Shown one piece after another: positions 1 to 10,674 of a DNA stretch of 64,000 bases. The DNA comes from Nitrospirota bacterium. Lineage in GTDB: Bacteria; Nitrospirota; UBA9217. The stretch is taken from assembly GCA_963663225.1 (NCBI GenBank), contig OY760142.1:2432001-2496000 (forward strand), in the 5' to 3' direction. The notes under the pieces were generated by a model that did not search any database, had not been told where the DNA came from, and saw nothing but the letters and a program-made list of their open reading frames with translations. Both the position numbers and the translations under genes were made by a program. How positions within the stretch are numbered: position 1 is the first letter of the stretch; every line of letters starts with the position of its first letter.

Positions 1-103
1 ATCGGAAATTAAAAGTTAAAAGCAGAACAAAGGCTATAGCCTTGTTGTCTCAGCAATAAGGCTTGTAAAAACAAGAATTGACGGAAATAAGACTTTTGAT
101 CGA

Positions 104-131
104 TTGACTTTTAATTTCTTATTGCTATTCT
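104..131 (+). promoter_or_regulatory. sigma70-type promoter for the putative ncRNA
   Basis: TTGACT (104-109), 16-nt spacer, extended -10 TGcTATTCT (123-131); predicted start ~138, just before the 142-152 closing-stem arm. Confidence 0.65.
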
Positions 132-141
132 TTAAACATAA

Positions 142-319
142 GCTGTGCTGTTAGGAGGCACGTTACGTGCCGAGGCGGCAATTCATCTGCGGCATATACT
201 CCATCCCCCCCTTAACAAAAGTATAGGCCGTATGTGAGGCCATCAACGGGTGGCGCCGGAGTGCAGTTGCTGTGGACCTATCCACAGCAAGATGAGACTG
301 CATATTGAAACAGCACAGC
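142..319 (+). ncRNA. putative structured non-coding RNA of unknown family (~180 nt)
   Basis: Perfect 11-bp 5'/3' closing stem GCTGTGCTGTT(142-152)/AACAGCACAGC(309-319); hairpins 157-171 and 267-290; long-range pairings 175-188/290-301 and 197-202/258-263; upstream promoter and downstream terminator-like stem. Confidence 0.6.
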
Positions 320-323
320 ATCT

Positions 324-388
324 AAGGCGTCTCGATAATACATCAGGAAAAGATTTAAGAAGCAGCCATCGGGACGCCTTGTCTTTTT
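324..388 (+). terminator. terminator-like stem-loop
   Basis: 13-bp stem AAGGCGTCTCGAT(324-336)/ATCGGGACGCCTT(368-380) with one U-G pair favouring the + strand, followed by GTCTTTTT; the 31-nt loop is unusually large. Confidence 0.5.
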
Positions 389-454
389 CATGGTATTTCC
401 CTGCCAAATTCTATATTTCTTGACGCCTCGTCATAATATCTGTATCATGACCCT

Positions 455-1696
455 ATGATATATATACTCTTTTTGCTTTTTATCGCAGTTGTCGGCACCG
501 GGTACTGGCTAAAGTATCTGAATTTGTCTTATCTTAAAATACACGGTCATACGGTTCCGCCGGAATTTGAAGGCAAAATAGATCCTGATGTTCTTCGCAG
601 AATTTCCGATTATATTGCTGAAAATAACAGAATAGGACTAATCGAGTCACTTGCGGATAATTTTTTGCTCGCGCTTTTTCTCTTTGGCGGATTGCTGGAA
701 ATCTATGACCAATGGATTGCTTCCTGCGCCGGATCATTTATAGGAGCAGGGGTGCTCTTTGTCCTGATTCTTCTGGCTGTCGGTACGGTGTTGGACATAC
801 CGTTCAGTCTTTACAGCAATTTCAAGATTGAAAAACGCTATGGATTCAACACCATGACCATGCGCATCTGGCTGACCGACTTTATCAAATCGGCAATTAT
901 TTCTTTTGTGCTGGGGGCTTTTGTCGTCATGGTCATCCTCAGCATTATTCAAGGGAGTCCGGTTCTGTGGTGGCTTTGGGTCTGGCTTTTTTTGCTGCTG
1001 TTCGGTGTTTTCATGATGTATGTTTCTCCTTACATAATAGAGCCGCTTTTTTTCAAATTTGAACCTATTAAAAAAGAAGGTTTGGAGGAAAAAATACGGA
1101 CTCTCGCGGAACGGGCAGGGATTAAAGTCAGCAAAATCTTTCAGGTGGATGCCTCCCGCAGAAGCAGGCACTCAAACGCATACTTTACCGGTATCGGGCA
1201 GGTCAAACGGATTGTTCTGTTCGACACCCTGATTGAACAGATGACCGAAGAAGAAATCCTTGCAGTTCTGGCGCATGAAATGGGCCACTGGAAAAAACGA
1301 CACGTGATCAAACGCTTAATCCAGACCGAAGCAATTGCCTTTTGCAGTCTGGTGGCGGCATTTTATCTTCTTGCATGGGAGCAGTTGCCGGCGCTGTTCA
1401 ATCTCGCTGATGCTTCATTTTATGTCCGCGTAATTATTGTGGGCTTTCTGGGGTTTTTGGTTATGTTTCCTCTTACTCCGCTGTTTTCTTATTTATCACG
1501 GCGCGACGAGCAGGAGGCGGACCGATTTGCGGCTGAATTGACGGGAAATCCGAAAGCCATGGCCTCGGCGTTGGTTCAACTTTCGAAGGAAAATCTTTCC
1601 AATTTGCACCCACATCCCCTGTATGCACAGTTCTATTACTCTCACCCTCCGGTGGTGGAAAGAATCAGAAAATTGAGGGCGCTGAGCGATAGGTAA
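455..1696 (+). CDS. M48 family (Ste24/CAAX prenyl protease-like) zinc metallopeptidase
   Basis: Multiple TM segments, NAYFTG, HEMGH zinc motif, E-x-EAD, YSHPP. Confidence 0.92.
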   Translation: MIYILFLLFIAVVGTGYWLKYLNLSYLKIHGHTVPPEFEGKIDPDVLRRISDYIAENNRIGLIESLADNFLLALFLFGGLLEIYDQWIASCAGSFIGAGVLFVLILLAVGTVLDIPFSLYSNFKIEKRYGFNTMTMRIWLTDFIKSAIISFVLGAFVVMVILSIIQGSPVLWWLWVWLFLLLFGVFMMYVSPYIIEPLFFKFEPIKKEGLEEKIRTLAERAGIKVSKIFQVDASRRSRHSNAYFTGIGQVKRIVLFDTLIEQMTEEEILAVLAHEMGHWKKRHVIKRLIQTEAIAFCSLVAAFYLLAWEQLPALFNLADASFYVRVIIVGFLGFLVMFPLTPLFSYLSRRDEQEADRFAAELTGNPKAMASALVQLSKENLSNLHPHPLYAQFYYSHPPVVERIRKLRALSDR

Positions 1697-1810
1697 TGCA
1701 CCTGTTCTGCAGCAGATGCGTTGATCAAGACAAATCTCCAGTATACTATGTTGTTCCCCAAAAACAGATTTTCGGGTTGACCGACTCTGGTCTCTGTGCT
1801 ATTTTTACTC

Positions 1811-3097
1811 ATGGTGTTAAACGAGAGCGAAATCAGCCGTCTCAACCAGAAGATCCTGCGCCTCTCCGCGCTTATTGACGTAAACGGAATAATCAGCTCA
1901 TCACTCAATCTGGAGGAAATCCTTGAAAATGTAATGACCATCTCCAAACAGGTGATGAACGCCGATGCGTCGAGTCTCATGCTGATAGACGAAAAAACGA
2001 ACGAACTGGTGTACGAAGTTGCTCTCGGCACTGTGGGGCAGAAACTAAAACAGGAGCACAGGCTCAAGATGGGGCAGGGGATCGCCGGCAGCGTGGCACA
2101 GGAGGGGAAACCGCTTTTATTGGAAGATGTTTATACCCACCCCCAGTTCTACCGCGGACATGATGAAGCAACAGGCTACCGTACCAAATCCATGATTACC
2201 GTTCCTCTCAAGGTCAGGGAGCGCATAACAGGCGTTGCGCAGGTGATCAACCGTCTTGATAATGAACCGTTCGATTCAGATGATCTTGAGCTCTTCATTG
2301 CCTTGTGCAGTTTGGCTTCTATTGCCATTGACAACGCAAAAATGCACATTGCTCTGATGGAAAAACAGCGGCTTATCAAAGACATGGAATTCGCTCGTAC
2401 CGTGCAGGAAAGTTTTCTTCCGCAGCAGCCACCTGAAATTCCCCACTATCAATTCAGCTCCCATTATACGCCTGCTCAGGAAGTAAGCGGCGATTTCTAC
2501 GATTTTATCCAGCTCGATGCGAACCGTATGGGAATCATGATCGGCGATGTCTCCGGAAAGGGTGTGCCTGCCGCACTGTATATGGCAAAGCTGGGAAGTG
2601 ATCTGCGCACGCTTCTTCTCACGGAAAAATCGTCCGCCTCAGCCCTCGAAAAATTAAATGATCTCCTGGTGGAGCGGAGCCGACGCGGTATGTTCGCCAC
2701 ACTTCTCTACCTGGAACTTGATATCGCACAGAAAGCCCTGACAATATTGAACGCCGGGCATCTGCCTCCGGTCATTAAAAGAGCCGAGGGACCGGCTGAG
2801 AAACTTCCGCGCTCAAGCAGCGCTCCTCTCGGTATCCTGCCCGGCATGATACTTTTGCCTGAAACGGTGACGTTGACCTGCGGAGACAGCATCGTTTTGT
2901 ATACAGACGGCATTACCGAAGCGATGAATGCACAAAAAGAGCTGTTCGGATATGAACGATTCATTGCGCTTATTCAGCGCAGCGCTGCTGCTCCGGATGT
3001 ATTGCAGGCTGAGATTACCAGAAAGGTAAAGCAATTTACCGGTCTTAGTCCTCAGCACGATGACATAACTCTGGTTTGCTTCGGAGTGCTTTCATGA
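1811..3097 (+). CDS. GAF + PP2C (SpoIIE/RsbU-type) Ser/Thr phosphatase
   Basis: GAF domain (GQGIAG...TKSMITVPL...QVIN), then GDFYD, GDVSGKG, NAGH, YTDGITE, DDIT; start placed at ATG 1811 (ORF track GTG 1796). Confidence 0.92.
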   Translation: MVLNESEISRLNQKILRLSALIDVNGIISSSLNLEEILENVMTISKQVMNADASSLMLIDEKTNELVYEVALGTVGQKLKQEHRLKMGQGIAGSVAQEGKPLLLEDVYTHPQFYRGHDEATGYRTKSMITVPLKVRERITGVAQVINRLDNEPFDSDDLELFIALCSLASIAIDNAKMHIALMEKQRLIKDMEFARTVQESFLPQQPPEIPHYQFSSHYTPAQEVSGDFYDFIQLDANRMGIMIGDVSGKGVPAALYMAKLGSDLRTLLLTEKSSASALEKLNDLLVERSRRGMFATLLYLELDIAQKALTILNAGHLPPVIKRAEGPAEKLPRSSSAPLGILPGMILLPETVTLTCGDSIVLYTDGITEAMNAQKELFGYERFIALIQRSAAAPDVLQAEITRKVKQFTGLSPQHDDITLVCFGVLS

Positions 3098-3513
3098 CAG
3101 AGATTGTTACCCTGATTGTGCCCAGCCATCCCAAATACCTGCGTATCATACGAAGCGCGCTGCAACCGTTCCTCGAAGACGCCGGTTTCCCTGAAACAGA
3201 AGCCCGGAAAATTATCCTTGCGGTGGATGAGGCCTGTTCCAATATCATAAAATATGCCTATGAAGGTGATTATACAAAAACGATCTCCTTGGTGCTCACC
3301 AACAAGCGGGAAAAGCTTATAATTGAATTGAAAGATTCCGGCAAAAAACCGGATATATCGAAAATTGCACCGCGCAAGCTTGATGACATTCGGCCGGGAG
3401 GACTGGGAACGCATTTTATAGCGTCAGTCTTTGATACCGTCGAATACGATACGGACAAGGAATCGGGAACGGTATTGACGTTGACAAAATTGAATCGGGA
3501 ACGTTGTTCGTGA
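3094..3513 (+). CDS. RsbW/SpoIIAB-like anti-sigma-factor Ser kinase (HATPase_c_2)
   Basis: N-box AVDEACSNIIKYAY, DSG, GGLG; ATGA overlap with the phosphatase stop codon. Confidence 0.9.
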   Translation: MTEIVTLIVPSHPKYLRIIRSALQPFLEDAGFPETEARKIILAVDEACSNIIKYAYEGDYTKTISLVLTNKREKLIIELKDSGKKPDISKIAPRKLDDIRPGGLGTHFIASVFDTVEYDTDKESGTVLTLTKLNRERCS

Positions 3514-3522
3514 GGTCGGCTG

Positions 3523-3870
3523 ATGAACCTGGAGATTACTACCGAAAAAAACGGTCCGTTTTTTCTGCTGCAGCTGAGCGGCGAGGTGGACATGAACACC
3601 TCCACGAAGGTAAGAGCCGTCATGCAGGAGACGTTTCAGCGGATTACTGCCGATATAAAGACGCTGCTCATTGACTTGTCACACGTGCGGTACATGGACA
3701 GCTCCGGCATAGCAACACTCATTGAGATTATGCAAAACTGCCGGAAAAAAAACATACGGCTCAGACTCTGTGCGTTAAGCCCTTCGGTAAAAGACGTGTT
3801 TGAACTCGCGCGGCTTGGAAGCGTGTTTGAAATTTATCAGACGGTTGATGAAGCAATGGCGGGACTCTAA
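3523..3870 (+). CDS. STAS domain protein (RsbV/SpoIIAA-like, possible MlaB analogue)
   Basis: LSGEVD, IDLSHVRYMDSSGIATL with the phosphoacceptor Ser retained, VFELARL. Confidence 0.9.
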   Translation: MNLEITTEKNGPFFLLQLSGEVDMNTSTKVRAVMQETFQRITADIKTLLIDLSHVRYMDSSGIATLIEIMQNCRKKNIRLRLCALSPSVKDVFELARLGSVFEIYQTVDEAMAGL

Positions 3871-3943
3871 TACTATTATAAAAACAGAATTCTGATGCTC
3901 TTCGAAGCTCCCGCGGAGCAATCCAACAAAGGATGCAACGGTT

Positions 3944-4765
3944 TTGCTGACGCACTTTTCTGTTCCGGAGTTATTTGTGAAGCACATATTCGGCTACATC
4001 GGCAGAACATTTATAACTTTTTTGCAGGACCTTTCAGGTTTATGGTATCTGTTTCGCGAGACCATCCTCCAGTCGGTCCTTGTTCTGAAGGACCGGAAAA
4101 AACGGAAACAGGCCAACCTGCTTGCTCAGGTGGACCAGATTGGAACACAGTCGCTGGCGCTTATTCTCATGGTGGCTGTCCTTCTGGGCATTGCGTTGAC
4201 GGTGCTTATTTCATTCCAACTGAAGGAAATTGCCGGTTACAGCTATATCCCGGGTTTTGTGGCGATTGCGGTGTTTCGCGAGGTGGGACCGCTTATGACG
4301 GCGGTAATCATAGCCGGAAAAGTAGGCGCCGCTTTCACCGCACGAATCGGGACCATGAAGGTTTCAGACGAGATATTAGCGCTTGAAACCATGGCGATCA
4401 ATCCCGTCCGCTTTCTCGTTGTTCAGCGGTTCATAGCACTGCTGCTTTCTCTTCCGGCGCTTACGCTCATCGCGAATTTTAGCGCAGTGTTCGGCGGTTT
4501 TCTGTTTGGTTCAATGAGACTGGGCATCAGACCGGATACGTACGTACGGGCGACGCTGGACGTGCTGATTTTCAAGGACCTGTATTCCGGGATGATCAAG
4601 GCCGCGGTTTTTGCCGTGGTCATCGTCATGGTGGGATGCTATCGGGGGCTGGTCGTGGAAGGCGGAGCTGAAGATGTCGGAAAAGCGACAATGCTTTCAG
4701 TAGTGTCTTCCATGCTGATGATTATCATGATCGACACGGTCATGACAACCGCATTTTATGGATAA
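3944..4765 (+). CDS. mlaE: MlaE family MCE-system ABC permease
   Basis: REVGPLMTAVIIAGKVGAAFTARIGTMKVSDEILAL, GGAEDVGKAT. Confidence 0.9.
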   Translation: MLTHFSVPELFVKHIFGYIGRTFITFLQDLSGLWYLFRETILQSVLVLKDRKKRKQANLLAQVDQIGTQSLALILMVAVLLGIALTVLISFQLKEIAGYSYIPGFVAIAVFREVGPLMTAVIIAGKVGAAFTARIGTMKVSDEILALETMAINPVRFLVVQRFIALLLSLPALTLIANFSAVFGGFLFGSMRLGIRPDTYVRATLDVLIFKDLYSGMIKAAVFAVVIVMVGCYRGLVVEGGAEDVGKATMLSVVSSMLMIIMIDTVMTTAFYG

Positions 4766-4777
4766 CGCCGATATATT

Positions 4778-5563
4778 ATGATCAGACTGCACGGCATTCA
4801 GAAACAATTTGCTGCCCGCAAGATACTGAACGATGTCAGTTTCATCGCGGAACAGAGAAGGATAACCTATATATTAGGCACAAGCGGAGGAGGAAAAAGC
4901 ACCCTGCTGAAAATCCTCATCGGAGCGCTGAAGCCGGATGCCGGCGAGGTTTTTTTCAAGGACCAGGACTTAACAAAACTCACGGGAAGAGAGCTCGACC
5001 CGTTTCGAAAGAAAATGGGCATGCTGTTTCAGCATGGCGGGCTGCTGCACTCTCTCACCGTGGGAGAAAACATCGCGCTTCCGATCAAAGAGCACACATC
5101 GCTGGACGAATCAATCATAAAAATTATGGTGAAAATGAAACTGGATCTTGTCGGACTCCGGGATTTCGAAAACCTGCAGCCGTCCCAGTTGTCCGGTGGC
5201 ATGCTGAAGCGGGTCGCACTTGCACGCGCTCTTGCACTGGATCCGGAACTGGTTTTTTTCGATGAACCGACCTCAGGGCTTGACCCGATCGTTACGGCGG
5301 TCATCACCAAGCTGATTGCCGACCTGAACAGGCTTCTCGGCATCACCTGTATCGTGGTCACCCATTCAGTGGAAGAAGCTATGCGGATTGCCGACAAGAT
5401 TATTATCCTGTACATGGGCACCGTGCTCGCGGAAGGGTCGCCGAAGGAAATACGTGCCAGTACAAACCCTCTCGTTCAGCAGTTTATAACCGGGACTCCG
5501 GATGGTCCCATATCTTTTCACGCCTCAAGCCGGGATTTGCGTGAAGATCTGCTGCTGGAATGA
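4778..5563 (+). CDS. mlaF: MlaF family ABC ATPase
   Basis: Walker A GTSGGGKS, LSGGMLKRVALARA, FFDEPTSGLDP, C-terminal VQQFITGTPDGPI. Confidence 0.9.
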   Translation: MIRLHGIQKQFAARKILNDVSFIAEQRRITYILGTSGGGKSTLLKILIGALKPDAGEVFFKDQDLTKLTGRELDPFRKKMGMLFQHGGLLHSLTVGENIALPIKEHTSLDESIIKIMVKMKLDLVGLRDFENLQPSQLSGGMLKRVALARALALDPELVFFDEPTSGLDPIVTAVITKLIADLNRLLGITCIVVTHSVEEAMRIADKIIILYMGTVLAEGSPKEIRASTNPLVQQFITGTPDGPISFHASSRDLREDLLLE

Positions 5564-5605
5564 AAAGAAATCGGGCAAAAAACGTTCAATGGCAGGGAGC
5601 TGATT

Positions 5606-6406
5606 ATGGAATACCGACGAAGTGAAATCCGGGCAGGAATATTTCTCCTGATTTCTTTTACCATCCTGGCCGTCATGGTGTTCGCGATAAGCGATATTCA
5701 GAGCCTTTTCAAAAAAAAGCAGGACGTCAAAGTCCTCTTTCTTTACAGCGATGGCATTGAAAAAGACGCACCAGTCAGATTTTCCGGCGTCAAAGTCGGG
5801 AAAGTTATGAATGTACGCGTCGCTCCGGAACAGGGAGATAAGATTGAACTTACCTTAAGCATATTCAAGGACATGGTGATCAAAACGGACACACGGGCCA
5901 GAATCATGACCCTCGGACTGGTAGGCGGAAAATATGTGGAATTGACGGCAGGTTCGCCGAGTGCTCATCTTCTGGAGCAGGGCCGCCCCCTTATCGGCGA
6001 GGAATCCATGAAACTGGAGGACCTTACAAGAACTGCGCTTGACGTAATCGCGCGGCTCAGGAAAATCGCCATTAATCTTGATACCATGCTGGGCGACCCG
6101 GCCATGGCGAAATCGCTGAAGAGCACGATTCAAAATATGCAGGAGGCAACTGCGAACATCAAAGTCATGACTTCAAGCAGGGAAGAGGTCGCACAAGGGC
6201 TTAAAAACCTCCCGGAAATATTAAAGAAGCTTGATGAAAGTTCAAACAATCTCAAAACAATAACGGAAAAGACCGACAAACTGATCGGGGAAAACAGAAA
6301 GAATATCGGTATCATGATCGAGAATTTCAAAGATCTGTCCACGAACCTGAAAGAAACTTCTGAAGACGTCAAGGTCAATCCGTGGAAGCTTCTCCGTAAA
6401 CCGTGA
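5606..6406 (+). CDS. mlaD: MlaD/MCE domain protein with helical extension
   Basis: N-terminal TM, APVRFSGVKVGKV, TLGLVGGKYVELTAG, helical C-terminus ending NPWKLL. Confidence 0.88.
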   Translation: MEYRRSEIRAGIFLLISFTILAVMVFAISDIQSLFKKKQDVKVLFLYSDGIEKDAPVRFSGVKVGKVMNVRVAPEQGDKIELTLSIFKDMVIKTDTRARIMTLGLVGGKYVELTAGSPSAHLLEQGRPLIGEESMKLEDLTRTALDVIARLRKIAINLDTMLGDPAMAKSLKSTIQNMQEATANIKVMTSSREEVAQGLKNLPEILKKLDESSNNLKTITEKTDKLIGENRKNIGIMIENFKDLSTNLKETSEDVKVNPWKLLRKP

Positions 6407-6489
6407 ACTCGCACCATAGAGCGGCAACGGAAACATATTCTTGATCGAAGACCAGGTATCAGAAATTCGCACTACTAAAAGGAGCATGT

Positions 6490-7755
6490 ATGTCAATTCA
6501 GGCAATTAAAGGCGTAAAAGACATTCTGCCGGGAGATATAGCCGCGTGGCAGCGCATCGAGGAAACGGCCCGCAGGCTGTTTGAGGATTTTGGATTCTCA
6601 GAAATCCGCGTACCGATTTTTGAATATACCGACTTGTTCGCGAGAAGCATAGGGGCGTCAACGGACATTGTGGAAAAAGAAATGTACACCTTCGATGACC
6701 GGGACGGAAAAAAGATAACTCTTCGGCCGGAAGGCACCGCGGGAGTCGTGCGTGCGTTTATCGAGCATAAGATGTACGCGGATATGCCGCTGGCAAAACT
6801 GTACTACATGGGACCCATGTTCCGGCACGAACGTCCTCAAAAAGGCAGATACCGCCAATTTTATCAAATAGGCGTTGAGGCTATCGGAGTCGATCATCCC
6901 CATGTCGACATAGAAATTCTTTCGATGCTCTATACGCTTTTCAGCAGATTGAAAATTGAAGGGTTGACCCTCCAGATAAACTCTTTGGGCGACGGAGCCT
7001 GCAGAGGGGCGTATCGAGATGCGCTTAAGCAGTACTTAAAGACGAAACTTCCGGTATTATGCGGCGATTGTCAGCGCCGTTACGAGACGAACCCTTTGCG
7101 CGTGCTTGACTGCAAGGTTGATGCGGGAAAATTCGAGGACGCGCCGGTAATGCTGGATTATCTTTGTGAACCCTGCAAGAAGCATTTCCACACCGTTGAA
7201 GACGGCCTTAAAAGCCTCAATATCCCTTTCGTGATCAATGCACGCCTGGTTCGCGGACTTGATTATTACACCCGTACGACCTTTGAACTGGTGATGGAGC
7301 ACACGGGAGCCCAGAATACCGTTGCAGCCGGCGGACGCTATGACGGCCTTGTTCAGGAAATCGGCGGCCCTGCAAGCCCGGGGATCGGCTTTGCACTTGG
7401 TGTAGAACGGGCAATTTCGCTTATGGACACGAGGACGATTCCCGTTCCGCGTCCTGCGCTGTTTGTCTGCGCTTTAGGACCGGAGGCAGGGGCAATTGTG
7501 CTGCCGGTTATCTATCAACTAAGGTCGTCGGGCATTATGGTCGAAACGGATTACACAGACGCCAGCCTGAAAAGCAAAATGAAGAAAGCGGACAAATCCG
7601 GCGCCGGCTATACGCTGATTATCGGCGAACAGGAAATGGAAAAAGGAAAAGCCGTTTTGCGGAATATGCAGACCAAAGAGCAAAAGGAGCTTCCCTTGGC
7701 TCATATCGAGCTTGCCCTGCAAGACCTGTTATCAGCACGCAATCAAAAAGAATGA
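6490..7755 (+). CDS. hisS: histidine--tRNA ligase
   Basis: LRPEGTA, FRHERPQKGRYRQF, LVRGLDYY, AGGRYD. Confidence 0.97.
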   Translation: MSIQAIKGVKDILPGDIAAWQRIEETARRLFEDFGFSEIRVPIFEYTDLFARSIGASTDIVEKEMYTFDDRDGKKITLRPEGTAGVVRAFIEHKMYADMPLAKLYYMGPMFRHERPQKGRYRQFYQIGVEAIGVDHPHVDIEILSMLYTLFSRLKIEGLTLQINSLGDGACRGAYRDALKQYLKTKLPVLCGDCQRRYETNPLRVLDCKVDAGKFEDAPVMLDYLCEPCKKHFHTVEDGLKSLNIPFVINARLVRGLDYYTRTTFELVMEHTGAQNTVAAGGRYDGLVQEIGGPASPGIGFALGVERAISLMDTRTIPVPRPALFVCALGPEAGAIVLPVIYQLRSSGIMVETDYTDASLKSKMKKADKSGAGYTLIIGEQEMEKGKAVLRNMQTKEQKELPLAHIELALQDLLSARNQKE

Positions 7756-7870
7756 CCTTGCCTTCGCCGGCATAGATACCCGCTGCTGACCACGCAGGGT
7801 TCGCATGCTGCATAGGTCCGCAGCGTCCTTTTAAGTTGCAAACTGGTTTTGTTTATGATATTTTTTTTAC

Positions 7871-9301
7871 ATGACGGCCGATAAAATTAAATTCGGTGCA
7901 TCCGGATGGCACGGGGTACTAGCCGATGATTTTACCGTTGCCCGAGTCAAAACCGTCACCCAGGCGATTGCAGATCATATAGCTTCACGAGGCATGAAGG
8001 ACAGGGGAGTGGTCGTGGGTTATGACACCCGTTTCATGTCGGATTTTTTTGCCGAAGAGTCCGCGAAAATCCTTGCCGCAAATGGCATCCATGTGTATCT
8101 GTCGAACCGCGACACACCTGCTCCGGTGGTCACCTTTGAACTTTTACGAAAAAAGACTGCCGGAAGCATCATCGTCTCCGCCCCCCACCAACCCCCGTAT
8201 TATCATGGCCTGCAATTTCTACCAGCCTGGGGAGGTCCAGCGCCTTCCGATGTGATAAAAGATATCGAAACAAGAACCAATGTACTTATAGAAAAAAATG
8301 CACAGGGTGCGTTTCCGAGCAGCGAAAGCAGGGAAAAAACCGCAATAGAGACGGTCGACCTGCGCAAAGCGTATCTTGAAGACCTGAAAAGAAAAATCGA
8401 TATTGATCTGCTCAAAAAAGCAAAGCTTAAAGTAGCTCTCGACCTCCACTGCGGCACCGCGAGAGATTATCTTGATGCTTTTTTAACGGATGCCGGATGC
8501 GCGGTCTCGCTTTTCCACGGAAATCGGGACCCTCTGTTCAGCGGGTGTCTTACGGACCTCTCGGGGAAAAACCTTGCCAGCCTGTCAGACCACATGAAGA
8601 GAGGAAAATACGAGATAGGCCTGGCGGTGAATGACGTCGCTGACCAGTTCGCAATTCTTGATGGAGACGGCACCTATATTAACCCGAACCAGATACTGGC
8701 GCTTCTGCTCGATTTCTTATGCAGAACGCGTGGATGGAAAGGCGGCGCAGCGCGGTCGATAGCGACCTCGCACCTTATTGATGCCGTCGCCAAAAAATAT
8801 GGAATTGAAGTGTATGAGACCGGCATCGGTTTTCACTTCATCGGCGACCTGCTTATGCAGGGGAAAATCATATTTGGGGGCGAGGAAAACGCAGGTTTGA
8901 CTATTAAAGATCATCTGCCCGAACGAGACGGTATCCTTGCTTGTTTGCTGGTCGCCGAGATGGTCGCAACAGAAAGGAAATCCATAAAAGAACTGCTCAA
9001 GCGGCTGTATAAAGAAGTGGGCACTGTCCTGGCTGAACGGGTTGTGATTCCTCTTCCGGAAACAACCTGGAAGGCATTTGCGGGAAAACTCAGCCTGCCC
9101 CTTATGGAACTCGGCGGAATGCGGGTCAAGGGCAAAAAAACCACTTCAGACGGCACCAAATATATGCTTGAAGACGACAGCTGGCTGCTCTTGCGTTTTT
9201 CGGATGCAGAAAGGGCCGTCCTGCTTTATGCTGAATCTTCATTGGAAGAAAAAACAAATGAATTGATAAAAGCAGGAAGCAGGTTTGTCTTGGAAGGGTG
9301 A
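7871..9301 (+). CDS. phosphoglucomutase/phosphomannomutase family protein with degenerate active site
   Basis: Family N-terminus IKFGASGWHG and GYDTRF, full four-domain length, but SAPHQP instead of TASHNP and NDVADQ instead of DGDADR. Confidence 0.85.
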   Translation: MTADKIKFGASGWHGVLADDFTVARVKTVTQAIADHIASRGMKDRGVVVGYDTRFMSDFFAEESAKILAANGIHVYLSNRDTPAPVVTFELLRKKTAGSIIVSAPHQPPYYHGLQFLPAWGGPAPSDVIKDIETRTNVLIEKNAQGAFPSSESREKTAIETVDLRKAYLEDLKRKIDIDLLKKAKLKVALDLHCGTARDYLDAFLTDAGCAVSLFHGNRDPLFSGCLTDLSGKNLASLSDHMKRGKYEIGLAVNDVADQFAILDGDGTYINPNQILALLLDFLCRTRGWKGGAARSIATSHLIDAVAKKYGIEVYETGIGFHFIGDLLMQGKIIFGGEENAGLTIKDHLPERDGILACLLVAEMVATERKSIKELLKRLYKEVGTVLAERVVIPLPETTWKAFAGKLSLPLMELGGMRVKGKKTTSDGTKYMLEDDSWLLLRFSDAERAVLLYAESSLEEKTNELIKAGSRFVLEG

Positions 9302-9309
9302 GTATTTAG

Positions 9310-10674
<1,365 letters not shown>

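Noticed and set aside
142-319. 6S RNA or MITE as the identity of the structured element
   Set aside because: Size and closing stem fit 6S, but I see no 6S conserved motifs, the fold is branched and the usual zapA/ygfA context is absent. There is no target-site duplication or second copy for a MITE. Left unassigned pending an Rfam search.
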